NCBI GenBank assembly: GCA_964035575.1 | Contig: OZ037838.1 | Coordinates: forward strand, 434,001 to 498,000 | Reading direction: 5' to 3' | Origin: Rhynchopus sp. YZ270_cl-10 | Lineage: Eukaryota | Length of the DNA: 64,000 nucleotides | Shown: positions 1 through 11,790 of the stretch, piece after piece | Position numbering within the stretch: the stretch's first letter is position 1 | Layout of the letters: each line of letters begins with the position of its first letter | Translations under genes and position numbers: made by a program | The notes under the pieces: model-generated | The model's database searches: none | Seen by the model: the letters and a program-made list of their open reading frames with translations, nothing else | Told to the model about the DNA's origin: nothing

Positions 1-383
1 TACACTCTGAACTCGAAGACAGTGTCGAAGGTTTCTGTGTCGAAGCCGCCAACGTCCCCACTGTCGTTACTGTGGACGCAGAGCGTTCCACAACGCGACA
101 GCATCAACGTCGTCGCTTGCGGTTCTGCACTGTACTTAGCAGGACACTTGATGTCGGCAAAGGGGCACGCAAGCACAACCTGCACCCCTGCACCAAACGC
201 AGTGTCCTGCAGACGGCACGTCCCCTCCAGCACCTGCGTGCCGATGCGCATCTCGACAGACGCAGGCGAGACAGCAAGCGCCGTGCACGCAACCTCCTTT
301 GCCGCTGCTACCTTCGCCTCGCACGGCACCTCCACTGTCGCAGTCACGCCTGACTCTTCCAGCACAAAGGTCACATCCATCAT
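1..383 (-). CDS. UBL + beta-propeller family member, copy 1 (5' part only; runs off the window edge)
   Basis: ATG of MMDVTFVLEESG at 383; sequence near-identical to the 5' part of the other copies. Confidence 0.8.
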   Translation of the reverse strand, partial: MMDVTFVLEESGVTATVEVPCEAKVAAAKEVACTALAVSPASVEMRIGTQVLEGTCRLQDTAFGAGVQVVLACPFADIKCPAKYSAEPQATTLMLSRCGTLCVHSNDSGDVGGFDTETFDTVFEFRV

Positions 384-1251
384 ATTGTTAAGGGCTCTGT
401 TGTGTTTGATGTGATGGTTGGTGGTGTCACTTCGCAACAACAAATAAGAAGGTTGGTGGGTTAAACACGTGTTTCAACAAACTCTGACAAAGCAAGCAAT
501 TTGAAGATACCCTGCGGCAAACACACAGTCATTGTGGCTTGCCAAAGATCATGGGGTGGAATGATTCTTTCCTGGGGTTGTCGTCAGATTCATTCTTTTT
601 TTTTTTTTGCCACGATTGTGGTTAAAGTATACATGATGATATGATCGTATTGTTGTTTGGCTAAGTGGTGCAGAAGGAACAGGATGAGGATGTCAGGCAG
701 TGCAGCTACCTCAGATGCTGTGCGTTTGGCAAGTTGCAGCGTCTGTGCATAACGTCCAGCTCAGGCGTTTTATTGTTCACTTTGTCAAAATCTCTTTGTT
801 TTTCTCTTTGTCTATTTTTCCTGCATTTTTTATTCTCTTCTTTGTACTTTCTTTTGTTTTGGTTGTTGTTAGATAAGCTCAATCGCCTATCGAGTTCTGT
901 GAATAGCACGGAACTCCTTTTCATGTGTATCCATGGAAATCAGTATCATATGTGATACCGGGGCACAGTCTCTGTTCATGTTGTACATGACTTTGTTCTT
1001 TGTCAGCGTGCACGGCTCGACATAGTTAGAGAAAAAATAGACAGAGAGAAAAATTGGAGGTAAAAATTTTTGAAAAAAGGTGTCGTTTGAGAAAAACAAA
1101 CAAACGGACGCGCTGTGTGAAAAACGAGTGTTTCTCTGCGCGTGATATTTTGTGGGGAAGAATAAAACATTATGAAAAAAGCTCGTTGCGTTCCCACTAT
1201 CGTTTCCGCTGCGCTCTCACTAGCGTTCCCACTCCATTCGGTTTTCTCTTA

Positions 1252-3136
1252 GGGTAGCACAATTAAAAATATTGTTTAGTGTCCTGCGCGCGAACAGATT
1301 TTTGGAAATCCAAAAAAAAAAAATAATTGGGACACAACTACAAAAAAAATAATTTTTATGGTTGGTAGGTTGAAGTCAGGACGGACGAAGTCTCGGAGGG
1401 CACTAAGGGGGAAGGTAGGTAGGGCACTTCTGTCTGGGAAAAAGTGACCAGAAAAAAAAAATGTCGGGGTCCCGTACTCCCAAATGTGCGAAATAAGCAA
1501 GAAATAAGCATTTTTGCGCACACGTGTATAAAAAAAAATCCGCCTCCGGCGGGGTTCGTTTTCGAGGATTTTCAGAGATCTCACGTTATGAAAATTTCCT
1601 TAAGAAACCATTGAATCTCATATTTCAGAATAATAGTACCTTAGTGGGGAGATCCGGGTGCCCGCAACAACAATATTCACAAAAAATCAGAAAAAATCAC
1701 AACAAATCACAACAAATCACACAAAAGAAATACAAAAAATCACAAAAAAAAAATCCTATTCACAACAAATCACAAAAAATCACAAAAAATCACAAGCAAT
1801 CACAAAAAAAAAATCCTATTCACAAACAATCACAAAAAATCACAAACAAAAAATCTTATTCACAAAAAATCACACAAAATCACAAAAAATAAATCCTATT
1901 CACAAAAAATCACAAGTAATCACAAAAAAAAAATCCTATTCACAAAAAATCACAAACAATCACAAAAAAATCACAAAAAATCACAAAAAGTGGATGTGAT
2001 TCTTTTTGATTTTTTGTGAATAGGATTTTTTTTTTGTGATTACTTGTGATTTTTTGTGAATAGGATTTATTTTTTGTGATTTTGTGTGATTTTTTGTGAA
2101 TAGGATTTTTTTTTTGTGATTGCTTGTGATTTTTGTGATTTTTTGTGATCGTTTGTGATTTTTTGCGAATAGGATTTATTTTTTGTGATTACTTGTGATT
2201 TTTTGTGAATAGGATTTATTTTTTGTGATTTTGTGTGATTTTTTGTGAATAAGATTTTTTGTTTGTGATTGTTTGTGATTTTTTGTGAATAGGATTTATT
2301 TTTTGTGATTGCTTGTGAATATTGTTGTTGCGGGCACCCGGATCTCCCCACTTAGAGTGTTTTTGGACACACATGTGACCCCACCGTGGAGAGCAATCGG
2401 CTCGTGCAATCAAAAGAAAGTGGAGAAAAGGTACAAGAATAAAAAAAGTTGGGTACCGTGCGCCTGCGGCGCTGCCTGTTCCCTACCAGTTTCTACAGGC
2501 AAACACTTGCCCCCTTTACCTTACACTGACGGGTTTTGACCAAAACCAAGAACTTGTCCATTTCGGCAAATTGACCCCACCACAGAACGGACGGATTCCG
2601 AAAATGCAAATGCCGGTGTTTTCGCGCATTTTCATGTTTCAAGACGTCAGGATCAGGGAGAGAAAATCTGGTTGTGGGATTTACCTTGGCCCTCTTTACC
2701 CTACATGGATTTTGACCAAAACCAAGAATTTAGCCATTTCGGCAAAGTGACCCCACCACAGTGCGGACGGATTCCGGAAATCCCAATCGCGGTATGTTTT
2801 CGGGCTGAAAACTCACTGTTTTTTCAGGGGAAAAAATTGCTTCCAAATGTCGGAATTTTCCTGAAAATGACCCTTGTTTACAAGTATGGGTTCATATTTT
2901 GCGAAAATTTAAGTCACTAAAATTTTGTCCATTTTCCCGTATTCACCCCACCACAAGCCGGGATTGGCTCAGAAATGCAACAAAACGCCCCAGAGTTAGG
3001 AAATAGCCTGAAAAGAGGGCAAAATAGGTGAGGGAAAAATTATTTTTTTTTGACTAGTTATTTTTTTTTTGCGTGCGTGCGAACAGATTTTTGGGGAGCG
3101 GTGGGACACTAAACAAGGTTTTTAATTGTGCTACCC
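1252..3136. mobile_element. PIF/Harbinger-like non-autonomous transposon (MITE)
   Basis: TIR GGGTAGCACAATTAAAAA..TTGTTTAGTGTCC at both ends; TTA TSD (1249-1251, 3137-3139); empty site at 62661-62677 has a single TTA. Confidence 0.85.
1644..2351. mobile_element. Foldback-type Harbinger-like MITE nested in 1252-3136
   Basis: TIR GTGGGGAGATCCGGGTGCCCGCAACAACAATATTCAC; TTA TSD; the two arms are inverted arrays of A-rich AATCAC repeats. Confidence 0.85.
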
Positions 3137-3416
3137 TTACTTAAAAAAAATAGAAAGTGCAAAAAGAAGTGACTCGAGACACAATGCCTTGCCCTGGCAG
3201 TGTACCTTTTGGTGCGTGACCAGACACAGTGGGTGTACCCGCGGCTGATCCCCCTAGACATAGATGGCGTGCGAAGAGTTTTCTTTGCATTCTTCTTCGC
3301 ATTCGGGGGGAAAGCTAAAAGGGGTTTCTTGGGGGTGTTTTGAGGGTCTTGGGTTGCTTTGCTGGGTCCCTGGGGTATATTCATCACCACCCTCCCTCCC
3401 CTCCCCTGGTCACACA

Positions 3417-4535
3417 TCACTCACTGTTGTGTGGGAACAGATGACGCGTCACAATGACGCCATCTGGTTGCATAACCATAACAACGCGTGAACACGGCGA
3501 TATCGCAAACCATGAACTGTTGCATGGTATCACGTGCACACGGGACATGGTTGCCACATCAAACTGGTGTAGGTGTACATCGCAATCTTCATAATTTTCG
3601 TCATCAGCATCAAATTCCAAAGCACGTATCCCCACCACAAGGTACTTCCCACACGGGGTGAACCGCATGCCCTGGACACTCTCACCCACATCAACACTGC
3701 GAAGAGCCGTACCACTCCAGTCAAAGAGCTGCACGTCGTCTTCCTCCTCCACCACAGCAAAGACAGAGGCAGGCCGCGAAAGCGCGACAACGTGACTTGA
3801 TACAGGCACACATGCCACAGCTTCACCTGTGTTCACATCCCACAGACGTACGTTCTTCTCTTTGTAGGAGGAGGTGATCACCCACCCACCACAGTCCGAC
3901 ACTGCCACGTCCCAGCAGCCTTCGTGCGAGAGAGAGCGGAGCAACGTCAGGTCTTCGTCATACACAGAGACGCCGTCTTTGCCTTGGGAGAAAACAGCAC
4001 CACCACACGCAAACACTGAGTATAAGATGCCGTCGACTTTGCGGAGCACCTCCCCACCCGGAAGCGCAACCTCGAGAAGGCCTGCCTTGCATGACAGGTA
4101 GCAGCGTGTCTTGCACTGCGAGATGGCAGGCGGACCGAACACTTCATTGTCCACTTCAAACGAGAAGACAGTGTCGAAGGTTTCTGTATCGAAACCGTCA
4201 ATATGCCCACTATCCTCCGGACTATAAACGCAGAGCGTTCCACAACGCGACAGCGACAAGTCTCCCGTCTGCGTTGCAGTGTACTCAGCAGGACACTTGA
4301 TGTCGGCAAAGCGAGGGCGGGCAAGCACAACCTGCACCCCTGCATCAAACGCAGTGTCCTGCAGACGGCACGTCCCCTCCAGCACCTGCGTGCCGATGCG
4401 CATCTCGACAGACGCAGGCGAGACAGCAAGCGCCGTGCACGCAACCTCCCTTGCCGCTGCAACGTTCGCCTCGCACGGCACCTCCACTGTCACAGTCACG
4501 CCTGACTCTTCCAGCACAAAGGTCACATCCATCAT
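3417..4535 (-). CDS. UBL + 7-bladed WD40-like beta-propeller protein, copy 2 (372 aa)
   Basis: Open ORF from MMDVTF; N-terminal ~72 aa follow the ubiquitin beta-grasp pattern; seven repeats ending in GFD/LLE/VYD/LWD/LFD/QFD/VTR; ends PHNSE*. Confidence 0.85.
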   Translation of the reverse strand: MMDVTFVLEESGVTVTVEVPCEANVAAAREVACTALAVSPASVEMRIGTQVLEGTCRLQDTAFDAGVQVVLARPRFADIKCPAEYTATQTGDLSLSRCGTLCVYSPEDSGHIDGFDTETFDTVFSFEVDNEVFGPPAISQCKTRCYLSCKAGLLEVALPGGEVLRKVDGILYSVFACGGAVFSQGKDGVSVYDEDLTLLRSLSHEGCWDVAVSDCGGWVITSSYKEKNVRLWDVNTGEAVACVPVSSHVVALSRPASVFAVVEEEDDVQLFDWSGTALRSVDVGESVQGMRFTPCGKYLVVGIRALEFDADDENYEDCDVHLHQFDVATMSRVHVIPCNSSWFAISPCSRVVMVMQPDGVIVTRHLFPHNSE

Positions 4536-5040
4536 ATTGTTAAGGGCTCTGTTGTGTTTGATGTGATGGTTGGTGGTGTCACTTCGCAACGACAAATAAG
4601 AAGGTTGGTGGGTTAAATACGTGTTTCAACAAACTCTGACAAAGCAAGCAAGAAGATACCCTGCGACAAACACACAGTCATTGTGGTTTGCCAAAGATCG
4701 TGGGGTGGAATGATTATTTCCTGGGGTTGTCGTCAGATTGATTTTTTTGCCAGGATTGTGTCCAAAGCAGGGCATTATATAGGTGTCGGGGTTTTCGCTG
4801 AAACTCGGTCAAACTCGGTCGAGCCCGGGCGCGCTTCGCGCGCCCGGGTCCCCACCTTAGCTCAAGTTGGGGGCCTCCGGCGGAATGTGAGAATTCCTCG
4901 GAGTTCGGCACTTCATTTATATTTGTGCCAGGCACACGTGGTACACGAATTATCAGTACATTCACAAAAGAAACGGCGGTCATGATGGCACCCAAGCGAA
5001 GCCACGGTACGCAACATTTCTAAAAAATGTTGACATAAAT

Positions 5041-5935
5041 CATACTTGGACCGCCCGAAATATATTTCGGGCATTTCGGGCGATTTCGGGCGAATTAGGG
5101 GCGGATTTCGGGCGATTTTGTGCGCCCGAAGTCGCCCGAAAACGCCCGAAATCGCCCGAAATGCAGAATTCGGGCGCTTTTTCCGTAGTGAAAACCGACT
5201 AGGTAGGGTTCTACTCATTTTCGCAAAAAACTTTTTATATTTGGAAATATTTGATGCCAAATCTGTCAAAATAAGCAAGAGTCGAAAACTTTTGTACACC
5301 TGAGTGCACTTTGGAGGCCCGTGGGAATCACCACCAAATTACGGGTTTTCTGACTATCATTTGCTTATTCCCACCCAAAACACACTATGAACCGGGTTTT
5401 CACTATTTTTTCGTATTCCAGGGTGAATTTTTGTGAATTTTCGGGTCACAGGGTGGTTCTGACCCATTCTGGGGGTGTTTCGGGCCTGTAGTTGCTCAGG
5501 AGATGCCCAAAAACGTGAAAAATCGCCTTTTTACGTTTTTAGTAGTATTTTAGTGTAAATTGTTAGGGAAATCGGTTTTATACGTGGCTGCTAACAGAGC
5601 TGCACTCGTATAAGTTGGGTTCTACTAGGAATTTTTGCTCAATTTTTTTTTCTTTGAACAAATTTTGTGCCAATCTTTCAAATAAAGCGTTGGATTTTTA
5701 CACTGATAGCATGCTTCCCAGCACACATAAGATACTGGTTGTGCGCCCGAATTCGCCCGAATCTGCCCGAAATCGCCCGAATTCGCCCGAAATGCGCCCG
5801 AATTCGCCCGAATTACGTATAAATTCCCTTTAAAACGCCCGAAATATATTTCGGGCACATTTCGGGCGCTCGGGATCCGCGCCCGAAAAATCCGCCCGAA
5901 TTCGCCCGAAATATATTTCGGGCGGTCCAAGTATG
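5041..5935. mobile_element. CATA-terminated MITE with 6-bp TSD
   Basis: TIR CATACTTGGACCGCCCGAAATATATTTCGGGC; TSD ATAAAT; subterminal CGCCCGAA repeats. Confidence 0.9.
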
Positions 5936-7700
5936 ATAAATGTCACTGTCGTTGGTAATTATCGTCAGTTTCCGTAAATTTTACTTCCATATTTTGCTGA
6001 AACAAAAGTTTCTGGCGAAGCCACGGTACGCAACATTTCAAAAATTGCGTAGAAGGGTGGCTACAAGCTTGCGCCGCAGGCGCACGGTACGCTACTTTTT
6101 TATTTTCGTCGTGCTGCATGCTTCGTTTTCCTTCGGCGTTTGACCAATCGAGTCGCGTTCTGCCTGTGACGGGGTCACTTTGTTCATGAGGCCATTTCTG
6201 GTCACTCTCAGAGGCTCGTGTGAGGTACCAAAGAAACCGATTTTTTCCCCCAAGATCAGGCCTGAACCGTGACGGGCCTATTTTCCGGGGTTTTTTCGGC
6301 TGGGGACCGGTTTTTTTCCCGCCCTTTTCCCGCCCTTTTCGCGTCTTTTTTGTGTGATTTTTGTGCCCTTTTTCGGGGTTTTTTTGCGCTTTGCGCCCGC
6401 CTCCATGACAAATTTGGGAAGCGCTGTGAAAATTTGACCCATTTGAACACAATCTGGGCCATATTTGGGTGATGGGTGGAGGGATTTGTAGACAAAGCTG
6501 ATATGGGCTGGCCCCTTGCTCATACGCAGCGCAAAATCGTCCTCACGGATAGTGTGGAAGAATGGTGGAGGGGGTACTTGTGCGTCGACGAGGGTGATGG
6601 GGGGCTCCAGGTTGGCCAGGGCTGCAGTAATCCTCCGAAAGTGGCGTTTGCCCACCTCACTTTGTGGTCTCTGGGAAAAACTACCACTGTTTTCTGTATG
6701 AGTTTCAGAGATTTCTTTATCGAGGCAGAATTGAAAGAAAATGAACCATTGGTTCGTGCACCGCCTCAGTGAAGTGTGGTCCATGAGATAATTTTCGGCG
6801 CTGCTGACCAGGGAAGACATTGGGAACAGATGGACTGTATTTCTTTTTGCGTAGCAAAAAAAATACAGCCTGTATGTTCCCCCCGATTTTCGTGGTAAAT
6901 GGGGAGGCGCTTCCGTTTAACGGCAACCCACAAGAGTAGAACAACAACCAAACTTTTGAGAAACAGACGCCAATGAGACCTAGAGTCTCTCTTCTTACTT
7001 GTGTGCTACAGACAAACATGACAACGCTAACCACGACTGCCACGGCAGAGCGGGGTCCCAAACGGTTCACTGGGGGGGATCCACATAGATACAGAAAACA
7101 AAAAATACGAAAGCAAGGAAGAAAACCAGCACGGTGCGGTCTGTCGTGCTTGGAGTGTGTAAATAACGGACTTACCCCCTGAGTCCGACAGTCGGACCCC
7201 CTGAGTCCGACAGACGGACTCAGGGGTCCGTCTGTCGGACTCTGGAGTCCGACAGACGGACTCTGGAGTCCGACTGTCGGACTCTGGGGTCCGACAGTCG
7301 GACCCAAAAAAAAAAATTTTTTTTTTTTTGGGCCGAAAAAAAAAATTTTTTTTTTGGCCAAAAAAATTTTTTTGGCCGAAAATCGCCTTGTATAGCCACT
7401 ACAGTACACATGGTTTTACCAAAATAGCCGTATTTTGGCTGAAAATTTGACTTGAAAATTTTTTTCATTGTTTGGTCAATCTGAGGTTTTCTTTGAATTT
7501 TTTGGGCCATTTTATGACCTACTACACCCAATTTTTGGGGGATTTTTTTTTTCTTGGTCAAAAAATAGCGCTTGTTGCCTACTACTGGGTATAGGCTTGT
7601 TCAGAGGTGTGTATTTGGTGTACCCAGACATGGTCAAAACACATGAATTTTGCGTTTTTTTGCATTTTTAGGTTCTCGACCAACCAGGGGGCGACCAATT

Positions 7701-7819
7701 TGGGTACTGGGTACTGGGTACTGGGTACTGGGTACTGGGTACTGGGTACTGGGTACTGGGTACTGGGTACTGGGTACTGGGTACTGGGTACTGGGTACTG
7801 GGTACTGGGTACTGGGTAC
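7701..7819 (+). repeat. (CTGGGTA)n 7-bp tandem array, ~17 units
   Basis: Read directly from the sequence. Confidence 0.97.
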
Positions 7820-8228
7820 CAAGAGAAGGCAGCTTGACAGCAGCGAAGGCGGAGGCTACGGGGAAGACAAGGTATGTAAATGTTTAACTTTCAGTTACTT
7901 GTGTAGATGCAAACAACACACCCAGTGGTTTGCAGCATTTTATTTTCTTGTGTGCTTTCTCTTCTTTGAATCGAAAGTATGTGAACCTTATTACATCATG
8001 ATACAATGCAACGAGGCCGAAACAGCCTCACTAAGGCCTCTGAAAATAAATGTTCAGACTTGGCACTTACTTATGTTTAGGTGCGCCTCAACCACACGCT
8101 TGAATATATTTAATTTGCCACACCTCAGATAGATTTTCCAGATATGCCTATGTTCAGGTGTTCCAGGCCTCGTCACAAATAGACAAAAAAACAAAAGCCA
8201 AAACAACAGAGAGAGAGCCAACAATTTT

Positions 8229-9365
8229 TTATCTCACTTGTGTAATAATGTTTAGCCGCGTTTTCGAAATTCCTTCCTGGAGATTACACAAAATACAGTA
8301 GACATTATCTCCGCACACAAAGAACAAAACAAAACCCATGCCGAGAGTAGGCGCAAAAGCAATGTGGAGGAGATCTGCGCATGCAACCAAAAGGGTTGCA
8401 GTCATAGGACTTCGAGGAACTGTTCACCATACCCAACCTTGACGCCCCGTACTAGGTGGTCATACATCATTTGTCAAATATACTGTAGGAATTTCGAAAA
8501 CGCAGCACAACATTATTGCCCGTGAGATAATAACTATTTATTCGAGTGAAATAAGAACTATTTTATTTCACGCGCCACTAAAAAGGTGCCCGAGTGCGTT
8601 ATTTCCCGAGCGAAGCGAGGGGAATAAGAGTGAGAGTCACGAGGGTGCCTTTTTAGTGGCAAGTGCAAGAAAATGTTCTTATTTCACTCAATATGTAATT
8701 TTATTCCACAAGTGAAAAACGTATTTATAGGTGTAAACAGTGGAACGTTGAGCCCACGCTCCACCCCTCACACCACCACACTTCAAATTACAGATTATTT
8801 ATTGCCTCTTACACACATGCCTAAACCCACGCGCAAGTTTGCGGAGATGGAGGATGCATATGACAACTTGTTCGACGACATGAACAGTGGTGTGCAGTAC
8901 AGGAAAACATGGGACGATTTCCTCCGTTTCAACAGACTTTCAGGAGCGAACGAGCCCAGGGAAGAACACGTCGTGTCCTTCAGATCACTCCGTGATCTTT
9001 TATTTCACTCCCCCACCCAATCCTTCACGATTTGCGTGAAATAAAACGTGAAATAAAACGAATCTTATTTCACTCACTTTTTCACCTGTTTACGTTTTTC
9101 ACGCGTGGTATAAAATTACGTATCGAAAACTAAAGTGAACATTATTTAACTGATGGGTGATTCACAAACTGGAATACGTGATACCCACTCGCTATCGCTC
9201 GTGACATCACTTTTATGATTACACTCACTTCACTCATGAAATCAAAATGCTGAACTCCACTCGCTTCGTGAAGTTGAGCCCCAGTTTGAGTCACCCACCA
9301 CCTCGTGAAATAATGTTCACTTTATTTCATGAGATAATAATTATCTAACTCAGTGAAATAAAACT
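8229..9365 (+). mobile_element. Degenerate Crypton-like (tyrosine recombinase DNA transposon) relic
   Basis: Successive long hairpins (8229-8530; 8535-8700 centred on CGAGCGAAGCGAGG; 9130-9330) around a truncated ORF from ~8817 (MPKPTRKF..QYRKTWDDFLRF..EPREEHVVSF) resembling the N-terminal core-binding region of Crypton YR proteins. Confidence 0.45.
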
Positions 9366-10459
9366 CGTGTAATTTTGCAGATTATATGCCCTTTGTGTCA
9401 CTCAATTGTAACCGAGAATGTAAGGCAGTGAGTATTTGATCTGCCCTTTATGTCGCGAAATACTATGTTTGGTGTTTTGACGTCTTCCAAGCAGATGGAT
9501 ATTCCCTCACTTGCACGCAATCTACCGAGGAACCGACTGCCTTTCTCAAAAGCCAGTACATGTCGGGGTGTCGAGGTCCGTGTCAATACAAAGCGGACCA
9601 AGTCGCTCGAGGTTTGAAAACCGCAAGAACTCGTCCCATTTCTTCTTGTACACCTCCTTGCTTCTCATACCCGCTGAGACTTGGTATCCGTAAGTGTCAT
9701 ACATCCTGTCCTTCTTCGTTTTGGCAGTGTTTGAGGGGAGTGATGAAAAAGTTCTTTTTTTTACTGAGTGATTTTTTTAACCAAAAGAAAACCGACGCAG
9801 GAGCTTTTCTGGAACTGTTTTATTCTCCCCACCCCAACAACATCACATTTCAGAAAAACATTGTTTTTTCGTTTTTGTTCACTTTCTTTTCTTCTCCCTC
9901 ACACCTGTTTGCTGTGAATTAAATTTTTTCGTTTCGGCCTGGTCGCAAACGCGAGTTTTCCTGGAAGCGCAGGAAAAATGACTGGGGAGTGTTGGTGGCT
10001 CCGTGACGCCACAGAGCCGGCACACTCGTTGAGTGCCTCACAAAACCTCAAATTTATTCCGCTTTGATTTCATTTATTGTCTTCACGCTTTATCGTTGTT
10101 GTTGGGTTGGGAAATAATATTTCATTCTCCCATACATTCTCGGTTACAATTGAGTGACAAAGGGCACATTATCACCCACCTTTGTGGGAATTCACAAAAT
10201 TACACGAGTTTTATCCCCTTTTTTTACCACATTAACCTCACCTTTCCCGATAACTGCGTTTCTACACCATACATTTCATTCATTAATCACACTCCACATT
10301 TACACTCATCACAGGATCGTGAAATCTGAACTGCATCTGCGCTTGTGATGAGAAGCCTCGCCGCGTCTCCGACATTCAGCAACTCAAAATCCAAAGAGTA
10401 TCACCCGCATCAATCCATTCTGAGTTTGCGGACTAAGATCTGGGGTGGAAGGGGGATGG

Positions 10460-11697
10460 GTACACTTTGTCAGTCACTGCTATTGCCATTTAACCCAGGG
10501 AGCATAGCTAGTGCAAGAAATTCGACTTTGGAAACCTTCCGGAAAGTCTGTCCTCTGCTTGCGGAGGACGAGGCACAAGAAAATATTGCGTTCCCCCAGA
10601 AAACCAGTGCACATTTCACACTCCTTGTGGGTGGTCTTGTTGCCTTTTTGTCACAGTAATTTTGGCCCAGGCATGCTCTTGAAGCATGACAATTTAGTGT
10701 GTATGGGGCAGGGTGTTGTTTTGTTCTGAATTCTCTTTGTTATAACATCTAAGTCAATCGCGGGTGGTGGTTTGTGTAGCGTGAGGCACTCTTTTTAACA
10801 AACTTCCTGCGGCTGCTAAAGCGTTATTTCTTCGGATTTAACAACGTACAGCGTAACATAGTGGATTCGCCTGGTCGACACAACCTTTGATAGATATGGG
10901 ATAACCAACCCCCTTCGACCCCTCGTGGGTTCACTAAACAAGCCCTCGTGGTAGTTAAACGCGATTGACATTTACATTCCTAGAGATGAAAGAACAAGAC
11001 AACACTTCTGTACCCGCGCATCAAAATTGTGGAAAACTTTGCACCCCAAACACCCTCAACAACGCCCGCCAAAAGGCGCCCCTTGTTGCTGGGAGTTGGT
11101 TCTCATGTTTGATACCTGCACAGCGGGCATTCCTCTGAGTCCAACGCATGTTTGGCCTGTCTGCGGCGTTGTACTTCAGGTGCACGAAGACAGGGTCTGG
11201 TGGTAAATTTTGCGTAGTGTCGCATTCCCTCATGTGTGGGTCACTCACACTTGGCGGTCATGTGCCACTGCGTGGGTCTGGGAATTTGGGTACCTGGGTA
11301 CAGGAAATTTGTTGTGGAAGACATCAACCACCATGCATTGAGGAGGGTAAGACAGTGTTCGCAGTTTCTACCTGATAGCATTACAACATTTAACTTCTCC
11401 ACGGGGGTCTTGGGCCGTTCACTCGGTTCTACCTTGACTACCGGAAGATATTCTTGAGGCCTTTCTGGTCTCTAGAATATCCGGTCTTCCCGAACGGAGG
11501 CACACTTTGTGTGTTACTACGACCTGGCAATTTCCAGCAGTAGGTTAAGTAATCTTTCTTGTAAATTGTTGGATCATTATCTCCTCAGTGCATGAATGCC
11601 CCACGTGACTGGACACTTTTGTGTTTGTCATGTGGAGCTGTGGTTGCTCTTTCACGACTTTTTTCCTGTTCCTGGGTACCTGTTCCTGGACCTGGAC
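10460..11697. repeat. ~1.2-kb dispersed repeat (internal TE cassette)
   Basis: Near-identical direct copy at ~50330-51520; more diverged inverted partial copy at ~22190-22940. Confidence 0.9.
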
Positions 11698-11790
11698 CTG
11701 GGTACCTGGGTACCTGGGTACCTGGGTACCTGGGTACCTGGGTACCTGGGTACCTGGGTACCTGGGTACCTGGGCACCTGGGCACCTGGG
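11698..11790 (+). repeat. (CTGGGTAC)n 8-bp tandem array
   Basis: Read directly from the sequence. Confidence 0.95.

Larger units (their letters stand above)
768..3143. mobile_element. Unclassified TSD-less interspersed element (TTTTATTG...CTTACTTA), copy 1, containing nested MITEs
   Basis: Absent from the paralogous empty site at ~12685 (ccagctcaggcg|aaaagaag). Same two ends recur at ~54246 and ~62677; a copy of the left ~200 bp only is at 26371-26566. Confidence 0.6.

Noticed and set aside
1524..2413. Lys/Gln/Ile-rich ORFs on both strands
   Set aside because: Translations of the A-rich arms of the foldback MITE
7170..7300. CRISPR-like short palindromic repeats (also 5050-5170, 52070-52525)
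   Set aside because: No unique regular spacers and no cas genes; these are transposon subterminal repeats
7701..7819. Telomere or interstitial telomeric repeat
   Set aside because: Units are not TTAGGG-type, are internal and are embedded in TIR elements; a telomeric origin cannot be supported from this window
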